Sequence record: MN508614.1
Direction: 5' to 3' (one strand)
From: Escherichia phage ES12
DNA length: 64,000 nucleotides
Made by a program: the position numbers and the translations under genes. The first letter of the stretch is position 1. Every line of letters starts with the position of its first letter. Below are positions 1 through 8,894 of this stretch, in pieces. The notes under the pieces were generated by a model. That model was not told the origin of the DNA. It saw only the letters and a list, made by a program, of their open reading frames with translations, and did no database searches.

Positions 1-2
1 AA

Positions 3-620
3 GTGGAAGCGCCAATATTCGTCGATCATGGTTATGTTGGACCAGATAGCTATTATCCAATTATTAAAGGAAGAAGTGTAATCACCAATCAAGGGTTTGT
101 AACTGCCGTCGATCTTGGTATTCGTCGTGTCAATAACAATTGGGGACAAGCAATTATTCGTGTTGGATCTGCGGAGGCATCGCCAGCGGCTGGACACCCT
201 AACGCGATATTTGAATTTCATTACGACGGTACTTTCTATTCTCCTGGTAATGGTAACTTTAACGATGTGTATATTCGTTCCGATGGTCGTCTTAAGATTA
301 ATAAAAAAGAGCTAGAAAACGGAGCACTTGAAAAAGTATGCCGACTGAAAGTTTATATTTACGATAAGGTTAAGTCTATTAAAGACCGTAGTGTTATTAA
401 ACGCGAAGTTGGTATTATTGCTCAGGACCTTGAAAAGGAATTACCGGAAGCTGTGTCTAAAGTTGAAGTTGATGGTTCTGATGTTCTGACAATTTCTAAC
501 TCCGCTGTAAATGCTCTTTTAATTAAGGCTATCCAAGAAATGAGCGAAGAAATTAAAGAATTAAAAACGCCTTTCTTCACTAAAATTGCTCGCAAAATTA
601 GTAATTATTTTAAATTCTAA
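3..620 (+). CDS. 37: Long tail fibre distal subunit gp37, C-terminal part (5' end lies outside the window)
   Basis: ORF runs in from the window edge, directly upstream of gp38 and holin t; C-terminal region resembles a tail-fibre intramolecular-chaperone module ([16 protein letters not shown]...[11 protein letters not shown]). Confidence 0.8.
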   Translation: MEAPIFVDHGYVGPDSYYPIIKGRSVITNQGFVTAVDLGIRRVNNNWGQAIIRVGSAEASPAAGHPNAIFEFHYDGTFYSPGNGNFNDVYIRSDGRLKINKKELENGALEKVCRLKVYIYDKVKSIKDRSVIKREVGIIAQDLEKELPEAVSKVEVDGSDVLTISNSAVNALLIKAIQEMSEEIKELKTPFFTKIARKISNYFKF

Positions 621-624
621 CAAC

Positions 625-641
625 AAGGGGCTTTGCCCCTT
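625..641 (+). other. Intercistronic stem-loop between genes 37 and 38
   Basis: Inverted repeat AAGGGGC/GCCCCTT with TTT loop, immediately 5' of GGAG Shine-Dalgarno and the gene 38 ATG. Confidence 0.3.
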
Positions 642-652
642 TGGAGAAAATT

Positions 653-1453
653 ATGGCAGTAGTTGGTGTTCCTGGTTGGATTGGAAGTTCATCCGTAAAT
701 GAAACAGGACAACGATGGATGAGTCAAGCGGCTGGTCAATTAAGATTGGGTATTCCTTGCTGGATGAGTCAATTTGCAGGTCGCTCAAGAGAAATTATTC
801 ACACGCTTGGAGCAGACCATAACTTCAATGGTCAATGGTTCCGAGATAGATGTTTTGAGGCAGGTAGTGCACCTATAGTGTTTAATATCACAGGAAATTT
901 GGTATCATATTCTAGAGATGTTCCTTTATTCTTCATGTATGGAGATACACCAAATGAATATGTTCAGTTGAATATTAGCGGTGGAGCTCATATGTGGGGC
1001 AGAGGTGGACAAGGTGGATGGACTCATTCTGGTGGAGATGGTAATGGTCAACAGGGTGGACATTGTATTCAAAATGACATTGGTGGTCGGTTAAGAATTA
1101 ATAATGGTGGAGTAATTTGTGGCGGAGGAGGCGGTGGCGGCGGTATCGCTTATCGTCCTCACTCTGGTGCAAACTGGCAAGATATTGGTGGCGGTGGAGG
1201 AAGACCGTTTGGCCCAGGAGGTGGCGGTGGTTATTCAGGAGGTGCTGCTTCTTATGATGGCCCAGGAGGTGGTTATAATTATGGTAATGCTCACTCTGGT
1301 CAAGGTGGCGATGCTGGAGGAAATGGACAAAATGCCTGGCATGATGGTGGTAAAGTTCTAAAAGTTGGCGCTGGCGGGGCGGCAGGTTATGCTGTAATAG
1401 GGTCTGCTCCAACATGGCAAAATGTTGGAATAATATATGGTCCAAGAGTATAA
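653..1453 (+). CDS. 38: Tail-fibre adhesin gp38, T2/T6 type with glycine-rich motifs
   Basis: N-terminus [13 protein letters not shown]...[14 protein letters not shown] then several poly-Gly blocks separated by variable segments; ATG at 653 with GGAG SD (track ORF starts at upstream TTG 641). Confidence 0.85.
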   Translation: MAVVGVPGWIGSSSVNETGQRWMSQAAGQLRLGIPCWMSQFAGRSREIIHTLGADHNFNGQWFRDRCFEAGSAPIVFNITGNLVSYSRDVPLFFMYGDTPNEYVQLNISGGAHMWGRGGQGGWTHSGGDGNGQQGGHCIQNDIGGRLRINNGGVICGGGGGGGGIAYRPHSGANWQDIGGGGGRPFGPGGGGGYSGGAASYDGPGGGYNYGNAHSGQGGDAGGNGQNAWHDGGKVLKVGAGGAAGYAVIGSAPTWQNVGIIYGPRV

Positions 1454-1484
1454 TTTTGAATAAATACCCTTAAAAGGAGGGTCT

Positions 1485-2141
1485 ATGACAGCACCTAGAA
1501 TATCATTTTCGCCCTCTGGTATTCTGTTTGGTGTTCTAGATCGCTTGTTCAAAGATAACGCTACCGGGAAGGTTCTTGCTTCCCGGGTAGCTGTCGTAAT
1601 TCTTTTGTTTATAATGGCGATTGTTTGGTATAGGGGAGATAGTTTCTTTGAGTACTATAAGCAATCAAAGTATGAAACATACAGTGAAATTATTGAAAAG
1701 GAAAGAAATGCACGCTTTGAATCTGTCGCCCTGGAACAACTCCAGATAGTTCATATATCATCTGAGGCAGACTTTAGTGCGGTGTATTCTTTCCGCCCTA
1801 AAAACTTAAACTATTTTGTTGATATTATAGCATATGAAGGAAAATTACCTTCAACAATAAGTGAAAAATCACTTGGAGGATATCCTGTTGATAAAACTAT
1901 GGATGAATATGCAGTTCATTTAAATGGACGTCATTATTATTCAAACTCAAAATTTGCTTTTTTACCAACTAAAAAGCCTACTCCCGAAATAAATTACATG
2001 TACAGTTGTCCATATTTTAATTTGGATAATATCTATGCTGGAACAATAACCATGTACTGGTATAGAAATGATCATATAAGTAATGACCGCCTTGAATCAA
2101 TATGTGCTCAGGCGGCCAGAATATTAGGAAGGGCTAAATAA
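1485..2141 (+). CDS. t: Holin (gpt)
   Basis: 218 aa, MTAPRISFSPSGILFGVLDRLFKDNATGKVLASR... matches remembered T4 holin T almost residue for residue; AGGAGG SD. Confidence 0.97.
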   Translation: MTAPRISFSPSGILFGVLDRLFKDNATGKVLASRVAVVILLFIMAIVWYRGDSFFEYYKQSKYETYSEIIEKERNARFESVALEQLQIVHISSEADFSAVYSFRPKNLNYFVDIIAYEGKLPSTISEKSLGGYPVDKTMDEYAVHLNGRHYYSNSKFAFLPTKKPTPEINYMYSCPYFNLDNIYAGTITMYWYRNDHISNDRLESICAQAARILGRAK

Positions 2142-2414
2142 TTATTTGTTTGTATACATCTCTAGATATCGATATACACCCTCAAAACCCTCGTTGAATT
2201 CGTCGATGAGGGTTTTCTTATCTTCTTGAGTTAATTCAGAAACAATTTTACGGAATGAATTCTGATTTAACTTTCTACCTTCATGCGTTACTCCAATCTC
2301 ATTCAGAAATGCAATAAAATTAGCACGATTCTCAACAATATCTTCTCTGGAAAATTTAATCAAAATAGACGCAACAGTAATAATTTCACGAACTGTATCA
2401 ATATTTTTATTCAT
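2142..2414 (-). CDS. asiA: Anti-sigma70 factor AsiA
   Basis: 90 aa, MNKNIDTVREIITVASILIKFSREDIVENRANFIAFLNEIG... matches remembered T4 AsiA. Confidence 0.97.
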   Translation of the reverse strand: MNKNIDTVREIITVASILIKFSREDIVENRANFIAFLNEIGVTHEGRKLNQNSFRKIVSELTQEDKKTLIDEFNEGFEGVYRYLEMYTNK

Positions 2415-2575
2415 TAACTATACCACTCAATTAGTTGACTTTGCTATAATATCATCAGACGTTTGATTTGTAAACTGGTCTGTGGTATTTTCTTCAAAAA
2501 TTTTTTCTACGAATTCCTTGAACGACTTACGTTCCTGAGCTACATTATGCTCGATTACTTTTTCAAGATTATGAC

Positions 2576-2854
2576 TCATTCGAAATAATCTTCAATTTCA
2601 TAATCAAGGACATAAATCATTATAGTTTTTAATACATCATCAATACTTTTTCCTGGAGCTGGAATTACGTAAAAATATCCTGCTTTTGAGTTATCTTTAT
2701 AAGTTCCAATCAAGAAATCATTATTCCCAAGATGTAGTTCTTCAACTAATTCATTAACAATTGAGTGATATAAATTTGGTAGAAACTTGTATAGCTTTTC
2801 TAGAATATCAATTTTGATTGTGTATTGAACCACAGATTGAGAATCAATAATCAT
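2576..2854 (-). CDS. arn: Arn, anti-restriction protein (McrBC inhibitor), acidic DNA-mimic type
   Basis: 92 aa, strongly acidic, ATG with GGAAGG SD, next to asiA as in T4. Confidence 0.7.
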   Translation of the reverse strand: MIIDSQSVVQYTIKIDILEKLYKFLPNLYHSIVNELVEELHLGNNDFLIGTYKDNSKAGYFYVIPAPGKSIDDVLKTIMIYVLDYEIEDYFE

Positions 2855-2937
2855 AGACCTTCCCCTTATGTTTCTGTTTGCGATTAGATTCTTTAAACGC
2901 TTTCTTCTTATCCTTATGGACAGAAGCTTGATTAAAA

Positions 2938-3156
2938 TTATGTTTTGCGACTAAATTGTTCATAGTGCTGAATTACCTCTCTTAAACAATTGCATGTGAA
3001 TGAAAACTTTTTAGCTACACCACATTCAAATATATGTTCTCTTAAATCACGTGTGTCAGTATATCCCATCTCAACGATAAAATGTCTTATTAAATTTTTA
3101 TCTTTATCATTAAGAGAATTAAAATAATCAGATTTTGAATTAATTTCCCTGGCCAA
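2938..3156 (-). CDS. Hypothetical protein, 72 aa (arn-motA interval)
   Basis: Minus-strand ORF in the compact early operon between arn and motA; contains CGV...CNC cysteines. Confidence 0.5.
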   Translation of the reverse strand: MAREINSKSDYFNSLNDKDKNLIRHFIVEMGYTDTRDLREHIFECGVAKKFSFTCNCLREVIQHYEQFSRKT

Positions 3157-3436
3157 ATTGAATCACCTTCAGTTGACGTTTTAATTCTTTTATCATTTCT
3201 TCGTTCATCGCAATATAAAGATCGCGTAAAGCAGGTTTTAACATTCCATTTACTGGAGAACTAAATGGACACACATAATCTTTTCCTACGAGCTTTTTGG
3301 CGAATTCCATATTACAGAACTTAAATCCCGGCTCATTGGTATAAATTCCCCAATTAGTTGACATCATTTTATTAGCATATTCCAGTGCCTGGATTTGATT
3401 CATAATTCCATCGATTTGAAACTTTTTAATATTCAT
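3140..3436 (-). CDS. Hypothetical protein, 98 aa (arn-motA interval)
   Basis: Minus-strand ORF tightly packed with neighbours (stop/start overlaps). Confidence 0.55.
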   Translation of the reverse strand: MNIKKFQIDGIMNQIQALEYANKMMSTNWGIYTNEPGFKFCNMEFAKKLVGKDYVCPFSSPVNGMLKPALRDLYIAMNEEMIKELKRQLKVIQFGQGN

Positions 3437-3900
3437 TAGTAAAGGTCCTCAGAGTAAAGTTCTTTTTCACTACCACCACGTTCAATACGTACTTGTCCAG
3501 CGTAAGTTGCAATAATCATTGCTTCTTCACGCGTCCAATAATTACTATATTGGTCAATAAACCCTTGGTCATCATCACAAACTTGTTGAGTAACTAATTG
3601 AGGTTTAACTACATCTAAAACTTCTGCCATATCTTTAGAATAATGACGAGCACCTGGAATAATAAGAGTTCGTCCATCTTTTAATTTAAAACGGTTGGCT
3701 GCGCAAACAATTCGTCGTTGATACTTTTGGTTTTCATCCCAGTATGCAGACTGCCAGCAGATTTCAGGAACTTCTTTCAGAACATCTTCTTCCGTATAAT
3801 TAGTATAACCTGCTGATTTAAATTTTTCGGCTAAACTCTCTGGAGTCTCACGAGATAATGCAACGTTTAGCATTTCAAGTCTTTCTTCAAATGTTTTCAT
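3436..3900 (-). CDS. Hypothetical protein, 154 aa (arn-motA interval)
   Basis: Minus-strand ORF; stop/start overlap with flanking ORFs indicates translational coupling. Confidence 0.6.
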   Translation of the reverse strand: MKTFEERLEMLNVALSRETPESLAEKFKSAGYTNYTEEDVLKEVPEICWQSAYWDENQKYQRRIVCAANRFKLKDGRTLIIPGARHYSKDMAEVLDVVKPQLVTQQVCDDDQGFIDQYSNYWTREEAMIIATYAGQVRIERGGSEKELYSEDLY

Positions 3901-4226
3901 TTAAACCATCCTTTAATACGTTGCCATAAAGTTTTCTGTTGAGCTTTGTTAACACCAATTGAACGAATAACTGGTTGAGATTCCTGGAATTCTTTATAAT
4001 CAGCAAGGTAAATTTCGTAAGCTGCATCTGTAAATGAACTTATTGCTGCCATAAAATTATTGCGAATACCTACTGGAGCATCTTTACTTTCACGAATAAT
4101 CATGTATTTACCAGTCTTAATCTTTACAATAGTTCCAAGATAAGCTCCGTGGTACCAAATGTCCCAACCCTCTTGAGTAGGTTCTGCGCAACGACGAAGT
4201 TCATTAACAATTTCTAACTTGTTCAT
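3897..4226 (-). CDS. Hypothetical protein, 109 aa (arn-motA interval)
   Basis: Minus-strand ORF directly downstream of motA. Confidence 0.6.
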   Translation of the reverse strand: MNKLEIVNELRRCAEPTQEGWDIWYHGAYLGTIVKIKTGKYMIIRESKDAPVGIRNNFMAAISSFTDAAYEIYLADYKEFQESQPVIRSIGVNKAQQKTLWQRIKGWFK

Positions 4227-4236
4227 TATTTATTCC

Positions 4237-4872
4237 TCACAGTTCAGATGCTACAGTGATTACAGCTTCAATGTTTTCTGCCGAGCGTTTAATGTCAAGA
4301 TACACATTACCGTTTTTAGCGATTTTACATGACATTCCGATATCAGTAAATTTCTGAATATGATGTTCCATCATTTTGTATCCAAAAATTCGCATATTTC
4401 CATTATTGTTAATTTCAAAATTACGAATTCCGTGAGTGCGTTTTTCTAAAATAGCAAGATAGTTACTGCGGTAAGTTTCAACCTTTTTAAGAACAAATCC
4501 ATTTTCATCTAAAAGTTTTAGCATAAGGTCTTTATCTTCTTCCATATCGGAAGTAATCTCACGAGCTTTACGAGTTGCTCGTTTTTTCAGTAGTTCAGGA
4601 GCATTTTCCTGTGCGTATAAAGTTGCTGCATTTGAAATAATATCCTGAGCTTCACCAGTAATGATTAATCCATCACCAGATTTCTCCACCAGGCCTTTTT
4701 TAATCAATACCCCAATATTACTATTAACTACTGCGTTACCTAAATCTGGATGCACCTCACGAACTTCTGCGGCTGTAATGAAATCTTTCTTAGCAATGGT
4801 AATTAAAATCGCAGCAGTTTTTTCATTCAGAACATCGTTAGAAGCTTTGATGATGTAAGTTACTTTAGACAT
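4237..4872 (-). CDS. motA: MotA, activator of middle transcription
   Basis: 211 aa, MSKVTYIIKASNDVLNEKTAAILITIAKKDFITAAEVREV... matches remembered T4 MotA. Confidence 0.97.
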   Translation of the reverse strand: MSKVTYIIKASNDVLNEKTAAILITIAKKDFITAAEVREVHPDLGNAVVNSNIGVLIKKGLVEKSGDGLIITGEAQDIISNAATLYAQENAPELLKKRATRKAREITSDMEEDKDLMLKLLDENGFVLKKVETYRSNYLAILEKRTHGIRNFEINNNGNMRIFGYKMMEHHIQKFTDIGMSCKIAKNGNVYLDIKRSAENIEAVITVASEL

Positions 4873-4977
4873 TTTAATCTCCGTTTCAGTTCATTTATTT
4901 GATAGGTCTATAGTATCATGTTTAAAGCAGAAGTAAACACTTTTTTGCACTCTTTTTCAAGAGCTCTAATAAAGTAC

Positions 4978-5205
4978 TTACTTAATGTTCAGATTACGAA
5001 CTTCGATTTCGTCTTCATGGGCAAAATCAAACTGTTTGAATTCTGTGTCACCTTTAAATTTAAAAATCATTGTGAAGAAAGTCAGAACACCAGGTTTTTC
5101 TTCACGAACTCCACAGATATCATATTCAATACCATCTACAACCAGTTTGTTAGCAGTCAGAGCATTTTTAGCTTTAACGATTTCGTTTTCGATTTTAAAT
5201 TTCAT
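4978..5205 (-). CDS. Hypothetical protein, 75 aa (motA.1 position)
   Basis: ATG at 5205 with GGAG SD, immediately downstream of an early-promoter cassette. Confidence 0.6.
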   Translation of the reverse strand: MKFKIENEIVKAKNALTANKLVVDGIEYDICGVREEKPGVLTFFTMIFKFKGDTEFKQFDFAHEDEIEVRNLNIK

Positions 5206-5249
5206 TTTTTGTATCTCCGGGTTGTTTGTTTCAGTTCATTTATTTGATA

Positions 5250-5300
5250 GTTGTATAGTACCACAGTATGCTTTGGTTGTAAACCGTTTTGTGAAAAAAT
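5250..5300 (-). promoter_or_regulatory. Early sigma70 promoter cassette (GTTTAC -35, extended -10) with AT-rich UP element
   Basis: Minus-strand reading: AAAAATTTTTTCACAAAACGGTTTAC-(18 nt)-TGgTACTAT; near-identical copy at 61800-61850. Confidence 0.5.
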
Positions 5301-5307
5301 TTTTGAA

Positions 5308-5338
5308 ATAAAAAAGGGAGAGCCTCGGCTCTCCCTAA
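5308..5338 (-). terminator. Rho-independent terminator after the gene 52 unit
   Basis: GGGAGAGCC-tcgg-GGCTCTCCC hairpin followed by a U-run on the minus-strand transcript. Confidence 0.55.
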
Positions 5339-5340
5339 AA

Positions 5341-5490
5341 TTACTGCATGACTGTGATAACTGTCATGATAACACGTTGAATTCCGAACGCAAGAAGACC
5401 TCCTGCTACGGCAGGAACAACACCTAAACCCGCCAGTAAAATGCCACCAGATACTAATGCAGCGCTTGTGATACCAATGAATGGACTCAT
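5341..5490 (-). CDS. Hydrophobic microprotein, 49 aa
   Basis: Own translation: MSPFIGITSAALVSGGILLAGLGVVPAVAGGLLAFGIQRVIMTVITVMQ; its ATG overlaps the gene 52 stop (ATGA). Below the ORF-track size cutoff. Confidence 0.4.
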   Translation of the reverse strand: MSPFIGITSAALVSGGILLAGLGVVPAVAGGLLAFGIQRVIMTVITVMQ

Positions 5491-6815
5491 TTGATTTCCT
5501 CTAAATCTTTGGTGTATTCTGTAACTACATCAGTAGTTTTCCAATATTCGTTTTCTTCTTTTTTGGCTTTAGCTTCTTCAGCAAGTTTCTTTGCTTCGTC
5601 GGAAGTCATATGAAAAATATTCATTCCGACTAGTTTATCAACATAAGAAGAATACATCTCAATTTTAGAAAGTTCTTCGGTCAGTTCTTTACGAGTTTTA
5701 CCCTGCACAACAATTTCACCTGAAATTACTTTCTTAATGAAATGTGCCTTGGCAAAAGCTAAACGAAAAGCTGACTCAGTTTCTTTAATTTTATTATCAA
5801 TTCGTTTTTGGACATAAGTTTTACGAACTTCAACGAAGTCTTTGATTAAATCAACTACATTATCGTAAACTTGTAGTTTTCCTTTCTCATTAATAACCGT
5901 AATATTCTGAGAACGACGCTCAATCAACCCGAAGTCTTTCATAATTTTTGCATGGCGTTCTTCTTCGTTATCGCTCAAAGAGTATTCTTTGCGGAATTTA
6001 ACTTTGAAGCCAAAGCCATGCTCACCACAAGCATCATCCCATGTAATGAAGCCTTTATCTTCAAGCGGGTCTAAGATTTTACTCACATAAGTTTCACGAT
6101 CATACTTATATGGAATCTCAGTGATATGCATTTGAGTTCGTGAAGTAAACTTATATGTTCCACGAATTTCATATTGCCCATCAATTTCAACGACTTCACC
6201 ACGAAATTCTGGGAATTCTACCTTCGGTTTAGTTACTTTCTTTCCTTGAAGAGCTTGCAGTACAGCTTTCTTGACAGAAGAAACACTATGAGGAAGAATG
6301 TAAGTTGCATAACCAGTTGCAATACCGGAAACGCCATTAAGAAGAACAGTAGGAATAATAGGCAAATAGAAAGCAGGCGGAATGTGTTCTTTATCTTGAT
6401 GTACCGGAGCATATTCAGTATCTTTATATACGTTATAGAAATTTTTACTTACACGAGCAAAAATATAACGACTTGCTGCTGCCTTTTGGACAGTACGAGA
6501 ACCAAAGTTTCCTTGACCGTCTAACAGAGGAAAGTTATTATTCCAAGTGTTAGCCATCAAAGCACCTGCGTCTTGCGCAGAGTTTTCACCATGATGATAT
6601 CCAAGGTCCGCTACACCGCCTGCGATAGAAGCGAGTTTGTGAAACTTATCTTTATTTCCTCGTGCCAAATCAAGAGCTCGAGCAATAACAAATCGTTGAA
6701 CTGGCTTAAATCCGTCAATCATATTTGGGATAGCACGATTTTCAACCGTGTACATAGCATAAGCCAATGCTTCATTATCAATGATACTTTTTAAATCACG
6801 ATTATTCAGTTGCAT
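5487..6815 (-). CDS. 52: DNA topoisomerase II medium subunit gp52
   Basis: 442 aa, GyrA-like breakage-reunion domain; length matches T4 gp52. Confidence 0.97.
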   Translation of the reverse strand: MQLNNRDLKSIIDNEALAYAMYTVENRAIPNMIDGFKPVQRFVIARALDLARGNKDKFHKLASIAGGVADLGYHHGENSAQDAGALMANTWNNNFPLLDGQGNFGSRTVQKAAASRYIFARVSKNFYNVYKDTEYAPVHQDKEHIPPAFYLPIIPTVLLNGVSGIATGYATYILPHSVSSVKKAVLQALQGKKVTKPKVEFPEFRGEVVEIDGQYEIRGTYKFTSRTQMHITEIPYKYDRETYVSKILDPLEDKGFITWDDACGEHGFGFKVKFRKEYSLSDNEEERHAKIMKDFGLIERRSQNITVINEKGKLQVYDNVVDLIKDFVEVRKTYVQKRIDNKIKETESAFRLAFAKAHFIKKVISGEIVVQGKTRKELTEELSKIEMYSSYVDKLVGMNIFHMTSDEAKKLAEEAKAKKEENEYWKTTDVVTEYTKDLEEIK

Positions 6816-6819
6816 AAAT

Positions 6820-6960
6820 TTACCATACTAGTGAATGTAGTGCCATAATAACATCAGAAATGAAAAGCACGACTTGAATTAATCCGAACATTATTCCGTA
6901 ATATAATGCTATCAATAAAATAGCAAGGGCTAATGAATAGCCCAAGATTTTCTTAATCAT
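6820..6960 (-). CDS. Membrane microprotein, 46 aa (52.1 position)
   Basis: Own translation: MIKKILGYSLALAILLIALYYGIMFGLIQVVLFISDVIMALHSLVW; overlaps the next microgene by ATGA-type coupling. Confidence 0.4.
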   Translation of the reverse strand: MIKKILGYSLALAILLIALYYGIMFGLIQVVLFISDVIMALHSLVW

Positions 6961-7111
6961 TAGTAGATAACAACACAAATGTTAAATATGCACACATACC
7001 CTGAGCTAAAGCTTGCGAAAACACACTGCTGGCATCAATACAGATAGTTAAAACACATGCTACTATCCAACAAATAAATGAAATAACTCCTAATAATTTT
7101 GCAATATTCAT
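6953..7111 (-). CDS. ac: Membrane microprotein, 52 aa, Ac-like (acriflavine sensitivity) by position
   Basis: Own translation: MNIAKLLGVISFICWIVACVLTICIDASSVFSQALAQGMCAYLTFVLLSTND; sits between stp and 52 where T4 ac lies. Confidence 0.45.
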   Translation of the reverse strand: MNIAKLLGVISFICWIVACVLTICIDASSVFSQALAQGMCAYLTFVLLSTND

Positions 7112-7118
7112 ATTTTCC

Positions 7119-7199
7119 TCACTGGCGTCCGAAGACGCCTTTAGTTTTAAGATTATTACGATAGAACTGCATCACGTGTTCGTTGTGGAAATTACTCAT
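7119..7199 (-). CDS. stp: Stp peptide (26 aa), activator of the host PrrC anticodon nuclease
   Basis: Own translation gives [26 protein letters not shown], identical to the remembered T4 Stp; its ATG overlaps the ndd stop (TAATG). Confidence 0.85.
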
Positions 7200-7657
7200 T
7201 AATATGCCTGCAAAACGAATTTAAAGTTATCAGCCAACATACGGTTCATTTCTTCAAGTGTTTGATACTCGGAATGATGATTACGGGTAAACGCCAAAGC
7301 TAACTGACCTTTACCAAATCCTGTCGTCAGAGGTTTCATCTTAGAAGCAGGCAGATAAAATACTGTGTATACCATATTGTTATTTGCAATAGTACGTGCA
7401 AGCTGAGACCGACGTTGACGAATATGACTTAGAACTGCACTGAATCCTTGCTTAGAACGCTGATTACCTACATAAAATCGTGCAGACACACATGGATTAC
7501 TAAATGGACGACCATCTAATTTACTTACTAAAAAGTAAAATCCAGGTTTAGATAAAATATCTTTATGCGGAGTTCCTAAAAACCACTCACCACCCTTGAT
7601 TGTACCAATAACAGTAGCGCCTGCGTTGTTCAGATCAGTAACAGTCATGTATTTCAT
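7199..7657 (-). CDS. ndd: Ndd, nucleoid disruption protein
   Basis: 151 aa from [18 protein letters not shown]..., AGAGGA SD before this ATG; the track ORF extends 18 codons further upstream. Confidence 0.85.
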
Positions 7658-7715
7658 ATTAATTTCCTCTAAATTATTTTCTACTCCAAGGCCGCATGAA
7701 TACGCGGCCATTAAA

Positions 7716-7931
7716 TTAATCGTCGCAGTCGACGCTCAATTCCCAAAACTCTTCTACAGTATAAGTTTCAGTATCATTTTCAATACAGAAACGTTCATTA
7801 CTGTTATTTGCTAAAGTAGCATTAACTGTCGGTTTCTCGCTAGTGCTCTTAAGAGGTGAAATACGAATTAACTGATCACCGTTATCTAAACAGAAAATTT
7901 CACCAACTTTTACATCTTTAAAACTTTTCAT
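7716..7931 (-). CDS. Hypothetical protein, 71 aa (ndd.1 position)
   Basis: Minus-strand ORF in the ndd-denB small-gene array. Confidence 0.55.
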
Positions 7932-8046
7932 AATTCACCTCAAGGAGTATAAAATCCAAACGCAGTTGTTGACCATCCCATCCAATATGGAAAATTTGCA
8001 CCAATGTAAAACATAAGAATATAAAACCAACCGCTCAGCAAATTCA

Positions 8047-8265
8047 TCATTTTACACCATTCCAAATTGTTTCAACCACAGATTTTAAACCATTTTGATG
8101 AATATCAATTCCGACTACTGCCATCAAATAGATTCCAACTACAACTGAACCTAAGGCAAAAATCAGCATGAAAATGAATAAAGCCGGAAAAATATTATCG
8201 AAAAACCATTCAATAAATGTAAAAGCACTGCGTTTACGCTTCATATTTTCCTCACATAAATCCAA
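8047..8265 (-). CDS. Membrane protein, 72 aa
   Basis: Two predicted transmembrane helices (IFPALFIFMLIFALGSVVVGIYLMAVVGI). Confidence 0.55.
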   Translation of the reverse strand: MDLCEENMKRKRSAFTFIEWFFDNIFPALFIFMLIFALGSVVVGIYLMAVVGIDIHQNGLKSVVETIWNGVK

Positions 8266-8363
8266 AGTAAACGTTTAATACATCAATCATTAAAACGATT
8301 GGGAATATACTCAAAACTATTAGTATTATAACTACATTCCATATAGCTTTAATAATCTTTTTC
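8252..8363 (-). CDS. Membrane microprotein, 37 aa
   Basis: MKKIIKAIWNVVIILIVLSIFPIVLMIDVLNVYFGFM; the longer track ORF reads through the upstream promoter cassette, so the start was placed at the ATG after the leader. Confidence 0.35.
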
Positions 8364-8384
8364 ATTTTCTGTTCCTCCGTAGTT

Positions 8385-8440
8385 GATAGGGTAATAGTAC
8401 CACGGAAGAACAGTCTTGTAAACAACTTTTTTAAAAATAT
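8385..8440 (-). promoter_or_regulatory. Early promoter cassette
   Basis: Minus-strand GTTTAC-(18)-TGgTACTAT followed by a GGAGGAACAGAAAATG leader. Confidence 0.45.
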
Positions 8441-8608
8441 TCGTAATAAATGTGAATACCAACTACTACCGCTGAAACCTGTGCAACCCACCACGCACAA
8501 GCAATAAGTACAGAATTCAAAATTTTCATAATAACCTCATTACAAAAGTAAATGTTAAACAAATTACTGGAATACTAATTAACCAAACAAAACACCACCA
8601 TAATGAAC

Positions 8609-8872
8609 TCATAGTTCAATCTCAACGATTTCCAAGTGTTTTTGTTTTATTGCCTTTTTAACACAATCATGGACTAAATATGACCATGAATCATTATATT
8701 CTCCATTAACTAATCGTTGGAGATCTTCACGTGATGATAAGTAAGGTTGATCTGATTCCCATTTTGATAAAAATACTGCAGTAAAAATATCTCCTTCATC
8801 TGTAGTTGAAGTCGTAAATGCAATAAATTCACCGGTAATTTTATGTTTAACGTAAAAGAACTTAAATTTCAT
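8609..8872 (-). CDS. Hypothetical protein, 87 aa
   Basis: ATG at 8872 immediately after the GGAGGAACAGAAA leader of an early-promoter cassette. Confidence 0.6.
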   Translation of the reverse strand: MKFKFFYVKHKITGEFIAFTTSTTDEGDIFTAVFLSKWESDQPYLSSREDLQRLVNGEYNDSWSYLVHDCVKKAIKQKHLEIVEIEL

Positions 8873-8894
8873 TTTCTGTTCCTCCGTAGTTGAT

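Noticed and set aside
115-315. Plus-strand 66-aa ORF inside gene 37 in another frame
   Set aside because: Fully embedded in the gp37 coding region; no SD; hydrophobic low-complexity translation typical of an out-of-frame read.
1098-1445. 115-aa His-rich minus-strand ORF antisense to gene 38
   Set aside because: It is the reverse translation of the GGN-rich glycine codons of gp38, with no RBS; a compositional artefact.
4918-5311. Two overlapping plus-strand ORFs (109 and 108 aa) opposite the motA.1-position ORF and the promoter/terminator
   Set aside because: They read through the terminator hairpin and promoter cassette and are antisense to a minus-strand gene with a good SD.
6174-6794. Plus-strand ORFs antisense to gene 52
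   Set aside because: Embedded in a well-supported conserved gene, no RBS.
8252-8500. N-terminal extensions of track ORFs reading through promoter cassettes (also 34959-35387, 59811-60398, 60802-61890)
   Set aside because: The shared ...GTIQLSTTD(T)DLEN... peptides are translations of the conserved promoter/leader; true starts were placed at the ATG after the GGAGG leader.
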